A stretch of DNA of 64,000 nucleotides from Granulicella sapmiensis (GCA_026225395.1 JAMFSR010000004.1:41837-105836), one strand, 5' to 3'; numbered from the stretch's first letter, positions 1-10,224 are shown. Translations and numbers: made by a program. Notes: generated from the sequence alone by a model not told the origin.

Positions 1-787
1 GGTAGGTGAAGCTCGCGATGGGAGGCATGTACTCCTCCTGCTGCGTTGGAGGAATGTCCTTGACGTTAAGCTCATAGATCTGGGACGTCAGTCCATTTGA
101 GCCTTGTCCGGGAAGATCGTGGTGGACGATCTGAACGCCCGGAGGCAGAATCGGGAACCACGAAATGGCGTTGACTGGGGCGTCCGCTTCCGTATCCAGC
201 ATTTCATGGGTTGTGGGATACCAGGCATAGTGCGCCGCCTTGAGATAGAGCTCTCCCTGGATATACCAGTCCGGTGCCTCATAAACATTGTCGTTGTAGC
301 GCGTGGCGTAGCGGTACTCGATGATGCTGCCGACTTCGACATCCGGCAGGGTGAAGATGCGCTCCTGGACCTTGTAGTTCTGTTCCTTCTCGATGACCTT
401 GAGATAGGGTTTGCCGGTGAACGGAATGATGGTTCCATCGGCATGGATGGTGCGTCCGACGATATCGCCGAGCGACTTGTCGTCGCCCCCGTAGTCGCCG
501 ATGGCGGACGAACTGAGAAACGGAAGCTCGACGTTCGCGTACTTCTTGCCATCCTCGGTGAGGATCTTGATGCGGTCGTAATGCTGCTGCGTGTGGAGAT
601 CGTCCTTCGTGATCTCTTCGCGAAAGAGCACGACCGCGGAAGCGCCGGGATAGCCGGGGAGCGAGGTCATCGACAGCTCTTCCTTGGTCGGCTTGACGAA
701 GGTGTCGGCGCGCAGGCAGGGGGCGATGGCAAGTGCGGCGAGGGTCATTGTTAAGGCAATTCGATATGGGACGACGTTCCTGCTCAT
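1..787 (-). CDS. DUF3857-like secreted protein; only the N-terminal 262 aa are in the window (gene runs off the left edge)
   Basis: Absent from the ORF track, presumably because no stop lies in the window. My own translation of the minus strand from ATG at 787 gives MSRNVVPYRIALTMTLAALAIAPCLRADTF... (signal peptide) and stays open to position 1. The body (GRTIHADGTIIPFTGKPY, FTLPDVEVGSIIEYRY) resembles the N-terminal domain of the neighbouring 668-aa protein. Confidence 0.6.
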   Translation of the reverse strand, partial: MSRNVVPYRIALTMTLAALAIAPCLRADTFVKPTKEELSMTSLPGYPGASAVVLFREEITKDDLHTQQHYDRIKILTEDGKKYANVELPFLSSSAIGDYGGDDKSLGDIVGRTIHADGTIIPFTGKPYLKVIEKEQNYKVQERIFTLPDVEVGSIIEYRYATRYNDNVYEAPDWYIQGELYLKAAHYAWYPTTHEMLDTEADAPVNAISWFPILPPGVQIVHHDLPGQGSNGLTSQIYELNVKDIPPTQQEEYMPPIASFTY

Positions 788-849
788 ACTGTTCCTCAGA
801 CGTACATCGTTTTCAATTTCAGGAAGGATCTCGGGGACGCGGCTCGCTT

Positions 850-2856
850 CTATTGACTCCGCTTGAGGACGGCTCGTCCCTGCTCATCGCCTTCGATGAG
901 CCCGGCCAGCCGTTGCAGCTCCGGGTACTTTTCGGGTGGCAGCGATACCTGTCGCAAGGTGTAGCTGCTGGTGTAATGCAGCTTCGTGCCTTCGACCACG
1001 GTGGAGCTTTCGTAACTGGCAAAGCCCATGTCCACCTTCACCGGATCCGGCAGCTCATCCACAACGTAGCCGGCGGGAATCTCGATGTCGTAGTTGTCGC
1101 TGGCGTGCATGGTCTGCTTGAGATCGATGGCGACCTTGCGCTTCTTGTGGTCGACCGGCAGATTCACCGTGCCGAAGACGCGGGGACGCACCATGAGCAG
1201 TGGACCGGCCGCAGTGGCGAAGTGCTCCGCCAAGATGTTGAAGCTGGTCGTTACGTCTTTGTTCAGCGCGTCGACATCTTGCGATTTTAGATCGGTGAGT
1301 GAGACCGAAGCGAAGTCCTGCGCGGCGACGCGGTCCATGTACTGCTGTTGCTTCTTCTCGTCTTCGTGCGTAAACAGATTGCGGCGCCCTTCGGCAAGAT
1401 CGCCAAAGCGTTTTTCAACGACCGTGCCTTTGAGAGTTCCGTTGGCATCTAGCTGGAAAGTTGCGGAGCGGCGGACGGTGTTGAGGTCGGGGCTCATAAC
1501 CGGCAGCTGGATGGCCTGGCTGCTGGAGCCTTCAATGAGCACACCGTAGCTTCCCTGCAGATTGTTTTCAAGTTGGCCGAAGGGTGTCAGGTCCCAGGTG
1601 GGATCGAAGATCAGGTAGCGCTTGCCAGTCTTCGCGGTTACAACGCTGCGCAGCTTGGGCGACTTGTAGCCGGCGGGAATCTCAATGGCGCCGATCATGT
1701 GATTGCCCATGATGGAGGGCGCGTCGGGATCGACGACACCGCGTTCGGTATCCACCATCATGAGCGCGCTGTGGATGCCGACGCTGGAAAGCATGGCTGA
1801 AAGCAGCGTGGCTTTGTCCTTGCAATCGCCATAGCGGCCGCGGAAGATATCTGCCGCCGGATGCGGTTGGTAGCCGCCGACGCCCATCTCAATAACGAAG
1901 TAACGGATCTGTTTCTGCACGAACTCGCCGATGGCTTCGGCCTTATCGTAGAAGTCCGTTTTGCCCTGCGTAAGCTCTGCGGCCTTGGCTGCGATGTCCG
2001 GCGTGGCCACGATGCGATCGCGAGAAAGCGCTGTGTACCACTCGCCGATTCCCTGCCAGGTGCCGTCCTGCGGCATGGTCATGCCGGGGCCGGAGTAATG
2101 GACCGTCATGCGGGCGGCGAGAGACTCCGTCGCGGGCGACAACGGTATGTGCTCCAGGTCGATCGCAGGCTCGTTGTTCATGTCCCAGCGATAACTGTGG
2201 TTTTCGAGATCGGCTCCATCGACCTTTTCATGATGCGCCCAGGTTGTGGCGTAGGTGTAGCCGGGCGGCAGCACGAGAGTGAAATTCTGCGTGACGTGCG
2301 GAATTTCGTCCTGGAATCTCCAGTTGGTTTCGGCAAGGTAGGGGCGATCGCTGCGGACATACTCGTAGGCGACGATGCCACCGGGATCACGGCCGGGAGG
2401 GTCGGCGACTTTGGCTTTTTCGTCGGAGTACAACTGGCCGCCTTCGCCGGGCTCGCCGAACTCCCGAATCTCGTTGTCCTTCATCGCATACTCGTGGCCG
2501 GCCGGGTCGATGCTCCAGACGTGCATCGAGGTGACCTTGGAGTCCTTGTCGAACCACACGAAGGGATAGCCGTATGCTCTGCCCTGTGGACGCAGAATCT
2601 TGACCACGCGGCGAACGTGCTCGGTCGCCTTGCCATCGGGGCCAACCGTGTAGGTTGTTTCATCGAGCAGCATGACCGCTTTGGTGGTTTCGGAGTACTG
2701 CGGAGTCGTCTGTTGCGCTGCCGTCTTTACCCAGTCGGGGACGCTGGTAGCAGCGTACAGCGGAAGCGCTGCAGCGGCAGAGATTCCGGCGCTTGCAAGA
2801 GAAGAAACAACACTGCGGGCTCGGCCTGCAAAACGTACGTGAGCCCTGAACGACAT
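850..2856 (-). CDS. Secreted DUF3857 / transglutaminase-like (cysteine-protease fold) protein
   Basis: 668-aa ORF with ATG at 2856. Signal peptide SLASAGISAAAALPLYA. Transglutaminase-core Cys motif YGDCKDKATLLSAMLSSVGI. The overall DUF3857-TGase-DUF3858 layout is recalled from Pfam. Confidence 0.75.
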   Translation of the reverse strand: MSFRAHVRFAGRARSVVSSLASAGISAAAALPLYAATSVPDWVKTAAQQTTPQYSETTKAVMLLDETTYTVGPDGKATEHVRRVVKILRPQGRAYGYPFVWFDKDSKVTSMHVWSIDPAGHEYAMKDNEIREFGEPGEGGQLYSDEKAKVADPPGRDPGGIVAYEYVRSDRPYLAETNWRFQDEIPHVTQNFTLVLPPGYTYATTWAHHEKVDGADLENHSYRWDMNNEPAIDLEHIPLSPATESLAARMTVHYSGPGMTMPQDGTWQGIGEWYTALSRDRIVATPDIAAKAAELTQGKTDFYDKAEAIGEFVQKQIRYFVIEMGVGGYQPHPAADIFRGRYGDCKDKATLLSAMLSSVGIHSALMMVDTERGVVDPDAPSIMGNHMIGAIEIPAGYKSPKLRSVVTAKTGKRYLIFDPTWDLTPFGQLENNLQGSYGVLIEGSSSQAIQLPVMSPDLNTVRRSATFQLDANGTLKGTVVEKRFGDLAEGRRNLFTHEDEKKQQQYMDRVAAQDFASVSLTDLKSQDVDALNKDVTTSFNILAEHFATAAGPLLMVRPRVFGTVNLPVDHKKRKVAIDLKQTMHASDNYDIEIPAGYVVDELPDPVKVDMGFASYESSTVVEGTKLHYTSSYTLRQVSLPPEKYPELQRLAGLIEGDEQGRAVLKRSQ

Positions 2857-3088
2857 GAGGAAATCTCCGCTGGTTCTGTCCTGCGAAACGCCCGAAGGCC
2901 TTCACAAATCACAGAGCAAAACCGATCCTGCATAGAATGCGTGCCTGATTTATACGCACGCCTTCCGTCGAAATCAACTAAATTCCACGCGGGTGTCTTA
3001 CTCCGGCACGCCTGGGAGTTCTATAGAAGACACAGGGAGGTTCAGGGCCGCGAACGGGTGCGGGCGACGTTCCAGGGGATGGACGATT

Positions 3089-6000
3089 CTACGGAACGCG
3101 CAGCGGACGGAAGCCCTGGACCGGGAAAAGCCCGGTGGGGTAGTCAACGGTCTGGGCCTGCGGGCGGATGGTGTATCGGGCGAAGAATCCGCCCGACACG
3201 GTGTCGTAGTTGTTGGTGTTGTTGCCGCTCAGGAAGCCGCCGATGTACCAATGATCGGTGACGCGGTAAGCAAGCTTGGCATCAACCGAGAAGTTCAGGC
3301 CGGTGTTGGAGTTCAGCGGAATGAAGCCGCAAGGCTGCGCGGCGCTGGTGGTGACGCCGGTGCAGGCGTTCGAGGCCTGGTAGTTCAGCTGCAGGTTCGG
3401 GTCGAGCGGATAATACGGTTCGGAGGATTCCTGGAACGTCTGCACACCGAGACTGCCATTGATGGTGTAGTGGAGGTTTTCCTTGTAGTGGCCGTTGAAG
3501 GTGAGCGGAACGGCGAACAGGAAGTAGACGTTAGGGCTGAAATAGCCGCCCCAGCCGTAGCTTTCGACACGCTCGTTGTAGTTGTAATGCTCGCCGAAGA
3601 TGGTCCCGCCAATGTTGAGCGAGCCGTACTGCGGGAACGTTTTCACGCGGAAGTAAGCGCCCATGGTGCCGTCGTACTTGCGGTTTTCGAGCACGTGATA
3701 GCCGCTCAGGTCGGCGCCTTCACCCTGGATGTAGAGGCCGGCTTTCTCATCGCCGGCATCGAAGCGAATGCCTCCACCGGTTTGCACGACGCCGCCCCAG
3801 ATAGGACCGAGGGTAAAGTTGTTGGGCTGGCCGGGATCGCGCAGGCCGGCGTAAGAGAGCTGCGTCTCCTTGACGGGGTCACGTCCGCCGAAGAGCGTGA
3901 AGTGGCCGTTGCCGGGCTTCCAGCGGGCGCGGCCGATGACGTTGCGCACGAGGAATCCGTAAGCGGAGTAGCCGGCCGCGAAACCGAAGGTGTTGCTGAC
4001 CAGCTGGACTTCCCCGCCGACGCCGGTCGAGAACTGCTGCGGGTAGACGAGGTTGTTGTTTCCCTTGACGGTGCCGAAGATAGGCGTGGTGCCAAGGGTG
4101 GCGGTCGTCGTGTCGAGTACGCCGGAGTTGAGGAAGATGGCCGTCGGGACCGCGGTGACGCGCCAGCTCTTGCCGAGCGCAGCTGAGGCTTCGAAAGGAA
4201 CTTCGACGCCAGCCATGCGGTCGACGCCTGGTGTACCGCTGCGGTAGCTGCCGATGACGCTGCCGCCGAGCCAAGGGGTGTAGCTGCCTTCGATGAGAGC
4301 GAGATCGAGTTCAGCCTGCTGGCGGTCGCTCAGTGGGGTGGTGTCGTCTACGCGGGGATCGAAGTAGCCGCGGAGCGGTGGGACGGCCTTCTGCTGGAGT
4401 TCGTAGTCAGAGGGCGGTGTCGCCAAAGGGTAGGGCTGGCCAACCTGCGGGTAACCCTGGTTAGTGAGTGGCGCGTTGTAGCCGGGGTAGTTGATGTTGG
4501 GTTGCGGCGCGGCGGCGGGCGTTGTCGTGGTGGTCTGCGGAGCGGGCTTGGTGCTACGGCGACGTGTGGTTGTGGTGGTTCCGCGCGTATTGGGCTGTGG
4601 GTACTGCTGGCCGCTGCTGTCGCCTACCTGGCTGGGGTTGGCGTTCTGGTAGGTCAAGGTGTTCTGCTGCGGCTGGGTACGGACCGTGGTGGTGCTATTG
4701 GTTGGAGCGGTCGGCGGGAGCTGCGACTGCTGCACCTGCGAGCCCTGCATAGCGGCGGGGCTGTAGGGTTGGGTCGAGTATTGGGTGTTCTGGATCTGCG
4801 CGTTGGGGTCAGAGGTTTCGAAGGTCTCGGCGGGCGGATGGCTCTGGCCGGTCATCTCCTCAGGCGCCTCGGCCTGGTTGCGGCGGATGGCTTCAGCACG
4901 GGCACGGACCTGGGCGCTGGATTCACGCGGAGCGACGCGTTTGTGTATGGCCGGCTGGGAGGTCTGGAGGTAACCGACGATCGGTGTGCCGTCCGGCATC
5001 TGGCCCTCCTGCTGAGATGTAGTCTGCGGCAGGGCGCTGGAGGGTTGCGGATAGGCCGTTGCAGGCTCCGATGAGCTTCCAGGGGCGGTGTAGCCGGAAC
5101 CAGGCAGGTAGCCGGTGGGCTGTTGCGTGAGGATGGGCTTGGTGGAGTGCGTCGCCGGTGCCTTATAGGTCGTGGAAGCGGGCGGATAGCTGGTGGTCCG
5201 GGGCGGTGTGTAAGTCGCTGGCGGCGTATACGTGGGCGGTGTGTACACGGGGGGCGTATAGACCGGGGCCGGAGTGCTTGCGGCAGGCTGAGTCGACGGC
5301 GTGGACGACTGTCCCGAGCGCGGTGGTTGTGGGTAGTGCAGGTGGATGGGGTGCGGCTGCGTGGATTGCTGGGACGAGTTCGGAGCCGGGTAGCTGGTCT
5401 GCGGCTGTGTATTTGTGGCCGGTGGTGTATATGTCTGCTGCGTCTCCTGCGGCGGGGTGTAGGTTGCAGGAGGTGTGTACACGGGCGGCGTGTAGGTCTG
5501 CTGCGGGTGATAGCTCGCGACGGTCATGCGCGCGGTGATTTCTTCGGAAGTGTCACCGCTTTCAGCCAAAGTCCGCTCTCCGACGTTACGAGAGCCGGCA
5601 ACCGCGTGCGGGAGGCCTTCCGAGGGATTGTAGGAGACGTAGGGACCGTATTTGGCTTCCATTGCGGGCGAGGGATGCAGATAGATCACAGGCATCGGCG
5701 CAGCGGCAGTTGCAGCGGTGACGGGAGCCGGTATCTCAAGCCGGGACTGCGGGACGTAATCCTTGAGGGTTGAGTTGCGCTGTTGCTGCTGGAGCTTCTG
5801 GTCGCGATTGGTTGGGTTATAGACCGGGTAGCTGTTCTGCGGCGTCACGCCGTTGTTGGGATACGTGCCACCATTGGGATTGGTGCCGTTGCCGGGGCTG
5901 TAGATCTGGACCGGGGCTGTGCCGCCGGGGTTGTTGTAGCTGGGCAGATAGGGGTGTTGCTCCACGGGGATATCGAGGCCGCCGGCGGTATTGCGGTTCA

Positions 6001-8872
6001 CGTTGGGATCGGCCATGCCGAGCAGCGTCGCGAGATCCTGCGATTGCTGAACGGCCTGTACGCGGCGCACGAGCGGGCGCTTCATTTCGTCGGAGAGCGT
6101 CAGGCCGGGATCGTCCTGCGGGAGGACGCGCAGCGATGCCTGATAGTAGTCGGCGGCGCGGCCGGAGTCGCCGCGGGCGGTTTCAAACTTGGCGGCGAGT
6201 ACAAGCAGCTGGCCGTCGCGTGGGTATTGGTCGAGCCCGAAGCGAAGCCAGACTTCGGCGTCCTTGAGGTCGTTCGCGGCGAGCGCGGCGCCGACAGACG
6301 AGCGGTAGTCTTCCACCGTTCCGGTGCTGAGGTCCTGCGACTTGAAGATCTCTACGGCGTTCCTGGTGAGGCCGGCACTGGCGTATCCGCTGGCGAGCGC
6401 TTTGAGCACGTCTGGGTTGCCCGGGAAAGCCTTGGCGGCGGCGTTCAGGATAGCAATGGCGCGCTTGTAGTTCCCTTCCGCAATGTTCTGGTTAGCGCGG
6501 CGGACCGCCCAGTTCGCCCATATGGTCTGGACGGTGAGACGCTGCTGGTCGGTGAGGTCCTGGCGGCCGCCGAGCATCATCAGCTGACGAAAGAGCTGGG
6601 GGTCGTTGTGCGAGTTGAAGAGCAGCCAGGCTTCCAGGATGTCGACGTCCGCAGGCGGAGGGATGTGCTGCGCGGTGTAGCGGGCCTGCACGCGGTTGTA
6701 AAACGACATCGCTGTCTGAGGCTGATTGAGCCCAGCATAAATTGAGCCTACCGTCTGCAGGTAGGCCGGGTCAGTCTCTAGTTTCAGCCGGACATTCGGA
6801 GGTATTTGCTGGATTTCGGCAAGTGCCTCCTGATCGTGCCCGGTAGAGTGCAAGGAATTCAACAAACCATTCCATGCATCCGTTCGATCCGGACTAGCCT
6901 GTAACGCCGCGCGATAGAGCGGGTAGGCGTGTTCGGTATCGCCGTGCTGAAGATAGATGCCCGCAAGCTGCACCTCAGCCGCTACCGGGACCTTCTGGCC
7001 GGAAGCCTGCTCGTTGGCTACATAGGTTTCGAGCGTCTGCTGGGCCAGGTCGTAGTGTCCCTGTCCCGCGTAGATGGCAGCAACCGTGGTCTGAAAGCCT
7101 GCCTCCTGCATGGCTGCTTCGTAGGTAGCGGGAGGCATGCTTTGCAACGTCTGATACGCTTCTGCGTCGTGGCCGAGGACATGCTCCGTGTTGACGAGTC
7201 CCTCATACGCTGCTGTGTTGGTTGAATCCCCTTCCAGGACCTGCCGGTAGAGGCCGGCTGCCTGATCCTGATGTCCGGCGGCTGAGAGCAGCGCGGCATA
7301 CTGCAGCTGCATGTCTGCCCTTACGCCACGCGCGTCGGCGGGAAACGGGAGGTCCAGTGCGCTGCGCAGAACGCGTTGCGCATCGGCGTCGCGTCCGAGG
7401 GCCTGGTAGACGGAAGCGAGCGTGCGAAGGTAGTCGGGATCGGCGATGAGCTGCTTCTTGATTCCCACCGGAATCCGGCGGTCGGTATCGAGGGCCTGCG
7501 CGTACTGGCCGGCTCCGTACTGCGCCATGAAGAGTCCACGCCATGCTGCCTTATCGTTCGGCGCCATGCGGACGTATTCGGTGAACACGCCGACAGCGGG
7601 TTCCGGCTGCTGTGCCTTCATCAGCGTCCCGCCGAGACCGAGCAGAGGGCTTGGGTCGTTGGGGCGCATGTGCGCTGCGTTGCCAAACTGGGTTTGCGCG
7701 GTGACGAGGTCGTTTTCGTTGAGCGCGGCGGTCGCAACCTGCATGGTGTAGAAGAAGCGCGAATCGCGCAGCGCCTTTTCTACGCCGGCGTCCCTTGAGC
7801 CATCCTGTACGGCCTGCTCAAGGTAGCTGATGGCGCCACCAAAGTTCGACTGGCTCATCCGTACGTAACCGAGACCGGCGAGCGCGGAAGCGTTCTGCGG
7901 TTCCTTGGCAACGATGGCCTGGAAACGCTGTTCGGCTTCGCTATAGCGCTTGGCATTGAGCGCGTTGTAGGCGGCTTGTGATTCTGCGTTGCGCTCGCGC
8001 AAGGCGGCCTGCTCGGCAAGCTGTTCGGGAGTGGGTGGAGGCGCTGACGGACCGGCGACGCGCCCGCCGCTGCGGCGTTCGGCAGCTTCGGTCTGCGCCA
8101 GCGCGGTGGAAAGCTGCGCGTCCTTATGCTTGTTCAGGTAGGCGCGAATGTCGGCGGCCGTGGCGGGGTTCTGCGCGTCCCATACCAGCGACTGGCGAAG
8201 GGCCTCGGCCGCTTCGGGGTCGGCAGGATGCTTCTGGAGCAGCTTGCGGCCTTCCTCGCGTGTGCGGGGATTGTAGGTAAGAATCTTGCCGAGCGCGATC
8301 TGATAGCGCGAATCCTGCGGGTACTTGTCCACCAGATCGCGGAGGCCGGCGATGGCGTGCGGGCGGCCGTCTTCCGTCGCGGCTTCGGTCTGGTAGTACG
8401 AGAGTGCGGGGTCGCCCGGGGGTGGGTTAGAACCGTAGACGGACCGGAGAATCGTCATCGCGCGGGCGTATTGGCCGGCCTGGGCGAGGCGTCCGGCCTC
8501 AGTCAGCTGCGAGGACATATCCTGCGCGGTGCCCATGTTCTGCACGCGCTCGATGTTAGGATCATTGGGGTTAATGGCCCGCAGCTTGTTCAGATAAGTG
8601 TTGGCTTCTTCGTTCTTGCCTTCGAGTTTGGCGGCGCGAGCCATGCCGGCCAGGGCGTCGGAGTTGTTCGGGTCTACAAGCAGAACCTGCTGCCAGGTCT
8701 GCTTGGCCATATCCATGCGTCCGCGGACCTCAAGAGCATGTGCTTTGCCGAGCAACTGCACGGTCGTGGCCTGATCCACCTGCGCGGACCCCACCCGGCC
8801 AACGCAGCCCGCCGCCAGTGCAAAAAGCACCAGGCAGACTGCGCGCATTTGATTCGGCAAACCTCTCTTCAT
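3089..8872 (-). CDS. bcsC: Cellulose synthase operon protein C (BcsC): TPR array, long low-complexity linker, C-terminal beta-barrel
   Basis: 1,927-aa ORF. Signal/lipobox-like N-terminus (LFALAAGC). TPR-type repeats over roughly the first 950 aa. The C-terminal ~430 aa are Gly/aromatic-rich with a beta-strand pattern (LGGSVIGSYRSG ... GGFFARYTIRPQ), like the BcsC C-terminal domain. It is the last gene of the bcs cluster. Confidence 0.85.
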   Translation of the reverse strand: MKRGLPNQMRAVCLVLFALAAGCVGRVGSAQVDQATTVQLLGKAHALEVRGRMDMAKQTWQQVLLVDPNNSDALAGMARAAKLEGKNEEANTYLNKLRAINPNDPNIERVQNMGTAQDMSSQLTEAGRLAQAGQYARAMTILRSVYGSNPPPGDPALSYYQTEAATEDGRPHAIAGLRDLVDKYPQDSRYQIALGKILTYNPRTREEGRKLLQKHPADPEAAEALRQSLVWDAQNPATAADIRAYLNKHKDAQLSTALAQTEAAERRSGGRVAGPSAPPPTPEQLAEQAALRERNAESQAAYNALNAKRYSEAEQRFQAIVAKEPQNASALAGLGYVRMSQSNFGGAISYLEQAVQDGSRDAGVEKALRDSRFFYTMQVATAALNENDLVTAQTQFGNAAHMRPNDPSPLLGLGGTLMKAQQPEPAVGVFTEYVRMAPNDKAAWRGLFMAQYGAGQYAQALDTDRRIPVGIKKQLIADPDYLRTLASVYQALGRDADAQRVLRSALDLPFPADARGVRADMQLQYAALLSAAGHQDQAAGLYRQVLEGDSTNTAAYEGLVNTEHVLGHDAEAYQTLQSMPPATYEAAMQEAGFQTTVAAIYAGQGHYDLAQQTLETYVANEQASGQKVPVAAEVQLAGIYLQHGDTEHAYPLYRAALQASPDRTDAWNGLLNSLHSTGHDQEALAEIQQIPPNVRLKLETDPAYLQTVGSIYAGLNQPQTAMSFYNRVQARYTAQHIPPPADVDILEAWLLFNSHNDPQLFRQLMMLGGRQDLTDQQRLTVQTIWANWAVRRANQNIAEGNYKRAIAILNAAAKAFPGNPDVLKALASGYASAGLTRNAVEIFKSQDLSTGTVEDYRSSVGAALAANDLKDAEVWLRFGLDQYPRDGQLLVLAAKFETARGDSGRAADYYQASLRVLPQDDPGLTLSDEMKRPLVRRVQAVQQSQDLATLLGMADPNVNRNTAGGLDIPVEQHPYLPSYNNPGGTAPVQIYSPGNGTNPNGGTYPNNGVTPQNSYPVYNPTNRDQKLQQQQRNSTLKDYVPQSRLEIPAPVTAATAAAPMPVIYLHPSPAMEAKYGPYVSYNPSEGLPHAVAGSRNVGERTLAESGDTSEEITARMTVASYHPQQTYTPPVYTPPATYTPPQETQQTYTPPATNTQPQTSYPAPNSSQQSTQPHPIHLHYPQPPRSGQSSTPSTQPAASTPAPVYTPPVYTPPTYTPPATYTPPRTTSYPPASTTYKAPATHSTKPILTQQPTGYLPGSGYTAPGSSSEPATAYPQPSSALPQTTSQQEGQMPDGTPIVGYLQTSQPAIHKRVAPRESSAQVRARAEAIRRNQAEAPEEMTGQSHPPAETFETSDPNAQIQNTQYSTQPYSPAAMQGSQVQQSQLPPTAPTNSTTTVRTQPQQNTLTYQNANPSQVGDSSGQQYPQPNTRGTTTTTRRRSTKPAPQTTTTTPAAAPQPNINYPGYNAPLTNQGYPQVGQPYPLATPPSDYELQQKAVPPLRGYFDPRVDDTTPLSDRQQAELDLALIEGSYTPWLGGSVIGSYRSGTPGVDRMAGVEVPFEASAALGKSWRVTAVPTAIFLNSGVLDTTTATLGTTPIFGTVKGNNNLVYPQQFSTGVGGEVQLVSNTFGFAAGYSAYGFLVRNVIGRARWKPGNGHFTLFGGRDPVKETQLSYAGLRDPGQPNNFTLGPIWGGVVQTGGGIRFDAGDEKAGLYIQGEGADLSGYHVLENRKYDGTMGAYFRVKTFPQYGSLNIGGTIFGEHYNYNERVESYGWGGYFSPNVYFLFAVPLTFNGHYKENLHYTINGSLGVQTFQESSEPYYPLDPNLQLNYQASNACTGVTTSAAQPCGFIPLNSNTGLNFSVDAKLAYRVTDHWYIGGFLSGNNTNNYDTVSGGFFARYTIRPQAQTVDYPTGLFPVQGFRPLRVP
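4390..6010 (-). repeat. Low-complexity P/T/Q/Y/S-rich coding segment inside bcsC with degenerate (T)YTPP tandem units
   Basis: The translation contains QQTYTPPVYTPPATYTPPQETQQTYTPPATNTQP ... PVYTPPVYTPPTYTPPATYTPPRTTSYPP plus long Q/T/P/S tracts. Boundaries are approximate. Confidence 0.7.
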
Positions 8873-9036
8873 TGCGTCTCTTTGTGTCTTCTGGCGGACT
8901 GACGTCGAACCACTGCTGTTGTTGAAGATTACCGTTTTTTTACTGTGTGTTGTGGGTCTTTTTGGGTCTTTCGCGGCAAAAGCTGCATTTCTTTCCTGCC
9001 AGAGCCATTATCTCCCCTTTTCCCACACAGTTACAG

Positions 9037-10224
9037 CTATTTCCACTTCACATGTAGTTGGCCGTTAACATCAAAACTGTAACGTCCCTCGGCCCAACCG
9101 GTCTCGAAAAGAGCAAGGTTTTGGTCGTAATACTCCCCTCCGTGACCGTATAACCCGTTTTTCGGGTCTTTGGTCGCGGCCAACCTGTCGGTCTGGATGC
9201 CTTCTTCCTTTGTGAGCTTAAGAGCGTGGAGATAGGGTATCACTGCCGCGGAAAATCCAGTCGGCGCATTCTCGTCCAGCACTTTGCCTGTTTCGTCCAC
9301 CGTTTTGGGTGGAGTAACGTTCGATTTCAGGTACCTGGCCATGGCAGTCATGTTGCGCAGAGACGCCTTGACGCCGGGTGTATTCGGGTCGGCCAGCCCC
9401 ATCCAGAGATAAACACGAATAGCGTCGTAGCTGCCGATAGCAATGTGCCCCGGTTTGCCGTCTTCAAGCTCGGAAGGCTTCGCTATCGGGTGCAGCCCGC
9501 TGGTGCCGCCGCTGACCCAATCCATCACGAAGCCACCCTGGGAAACCGTAAGCGCGGGCAGGCTCTTGGCTACGTCATTCCAAACCGGATTGCCATGGGC
9601 AAAGTACGCCAGCAAGGAAGGCGGCATGTAGCTGGGGTTCAGGTACCAGGTCTGCGGGTCGGGATGGAAGCCCTTCTCTCCGGGCATGAGCGTCGTTCCC
9701 AGTCGCGGAACAAGGACAATCTCCTCCTTGGCGACGCGGTCGGCCATGATCTTGCCGAGCTTGGCGTAGCGGTCGTTGTTCCAGAGGCGACCGGCTTCTT
9801 CGAGCGAGTACGCCATCCAGAGGTCCGCGTCGGCAGCAGGGTTGGAGTCGAGCACGCGCCAACTGCCATCCGACGCCTTCCCCCATCTCCAGGCCGGAAG
9901 ATGCAGCGTAAGGTCGCCCTGGGCCAGGTTTTCTTCGGTCCAGTCCACGAGCTTGCCGAAACGGGCCGGATCGTTGGCCACGAGCGCGAAGAACATGGCG
10001 TAGGCTTCACCTTCGGTGGTGGTGCCGTCTCCGGCGCCGTGATCGATCACCCGGCCCTGGTTGTCGAGATACTTTGCGGTGTAGCTTTCCCACAAGCCCC
10101 AGGGCTCTTCCGCGCGACAACCGCTGCTGACCCAAAGTGTTGTCAACAACAATGCAGCGAGTCCCTGTCGTGCAAGAGTCCTGCGTCTCCCACCAGTTTT
10201 TTTAGCGCAAGCCAAATGCATCAT
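9037..10224 (-). CDS. bcsZ: Glycoside hydrolase family 8 endoglucanase (BcsZ)
   Basis: GH8 motifs TTEGEAYAMFFALVANDP and ADADLWMAYSLEEAG. Lipobox-like signal LLLTTLWVSSGC. The ORF-track start at 10323 overlaps bcsAB by 32 nt; I prefer the ATG-ATG at 10224/10221 (MMHLACAKK...), immediately before the signal peptide. Confidence 0.85.
   Translation of the reverse strand: MMHLACAKKTGGRRRTLARQGLAALLLTTLWVSSGCRAEEPWGLWESYTAKYLDNQGRVIDHGAGDGTTTEGEAYAMFFALVANDPARFGKLVDWTEENLAQGDLTLHLPAWRWGKASDGSWRVLDSNPAADADLWMAYSLEEAGRLWNNDRYAKLGKIMADRVAKEEIVLVPRLGTTLMPGEKGFHPDPQTWYLNPSYMPPSLLAYFAHGNPVWNDVAKSLPALTVSQGGFVMDWVSGGTSGLHPIAKPSELEDGKPGHIAIGSYDAIRVYLWMGLADPNTPGVKASLRNMTAMARYLKSNVTPPKTVDETGKVLDENAPTGFSAAVIPYLHALKLTKEEGIQTDRLAATKDPKNGLYGHGGEYYDQNLALFETGWAEGRYSFDVNGQLHVKWK

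Noticed and set aside
823-832. A third copy of the REP-like motif (GAAGGATCTC in the 788-849 intergenic region)
   Set aside because: Only a 10-mer is shared, and the GTCATCCTGAG half is not convincingly present. It may be chance or an SD-like purine run.
1861-4186. Long plus-strand ORFs 1861..3261 (466 aa) and 2993..4186 (397 aa)
   Set aside because: They are antisense to the transglutaminase-like gene and bcsC. Their translations are Arg/Gly/Ala/Val-rich with no motifs, which is typical of shadow ORFs in GC-rich DNA.
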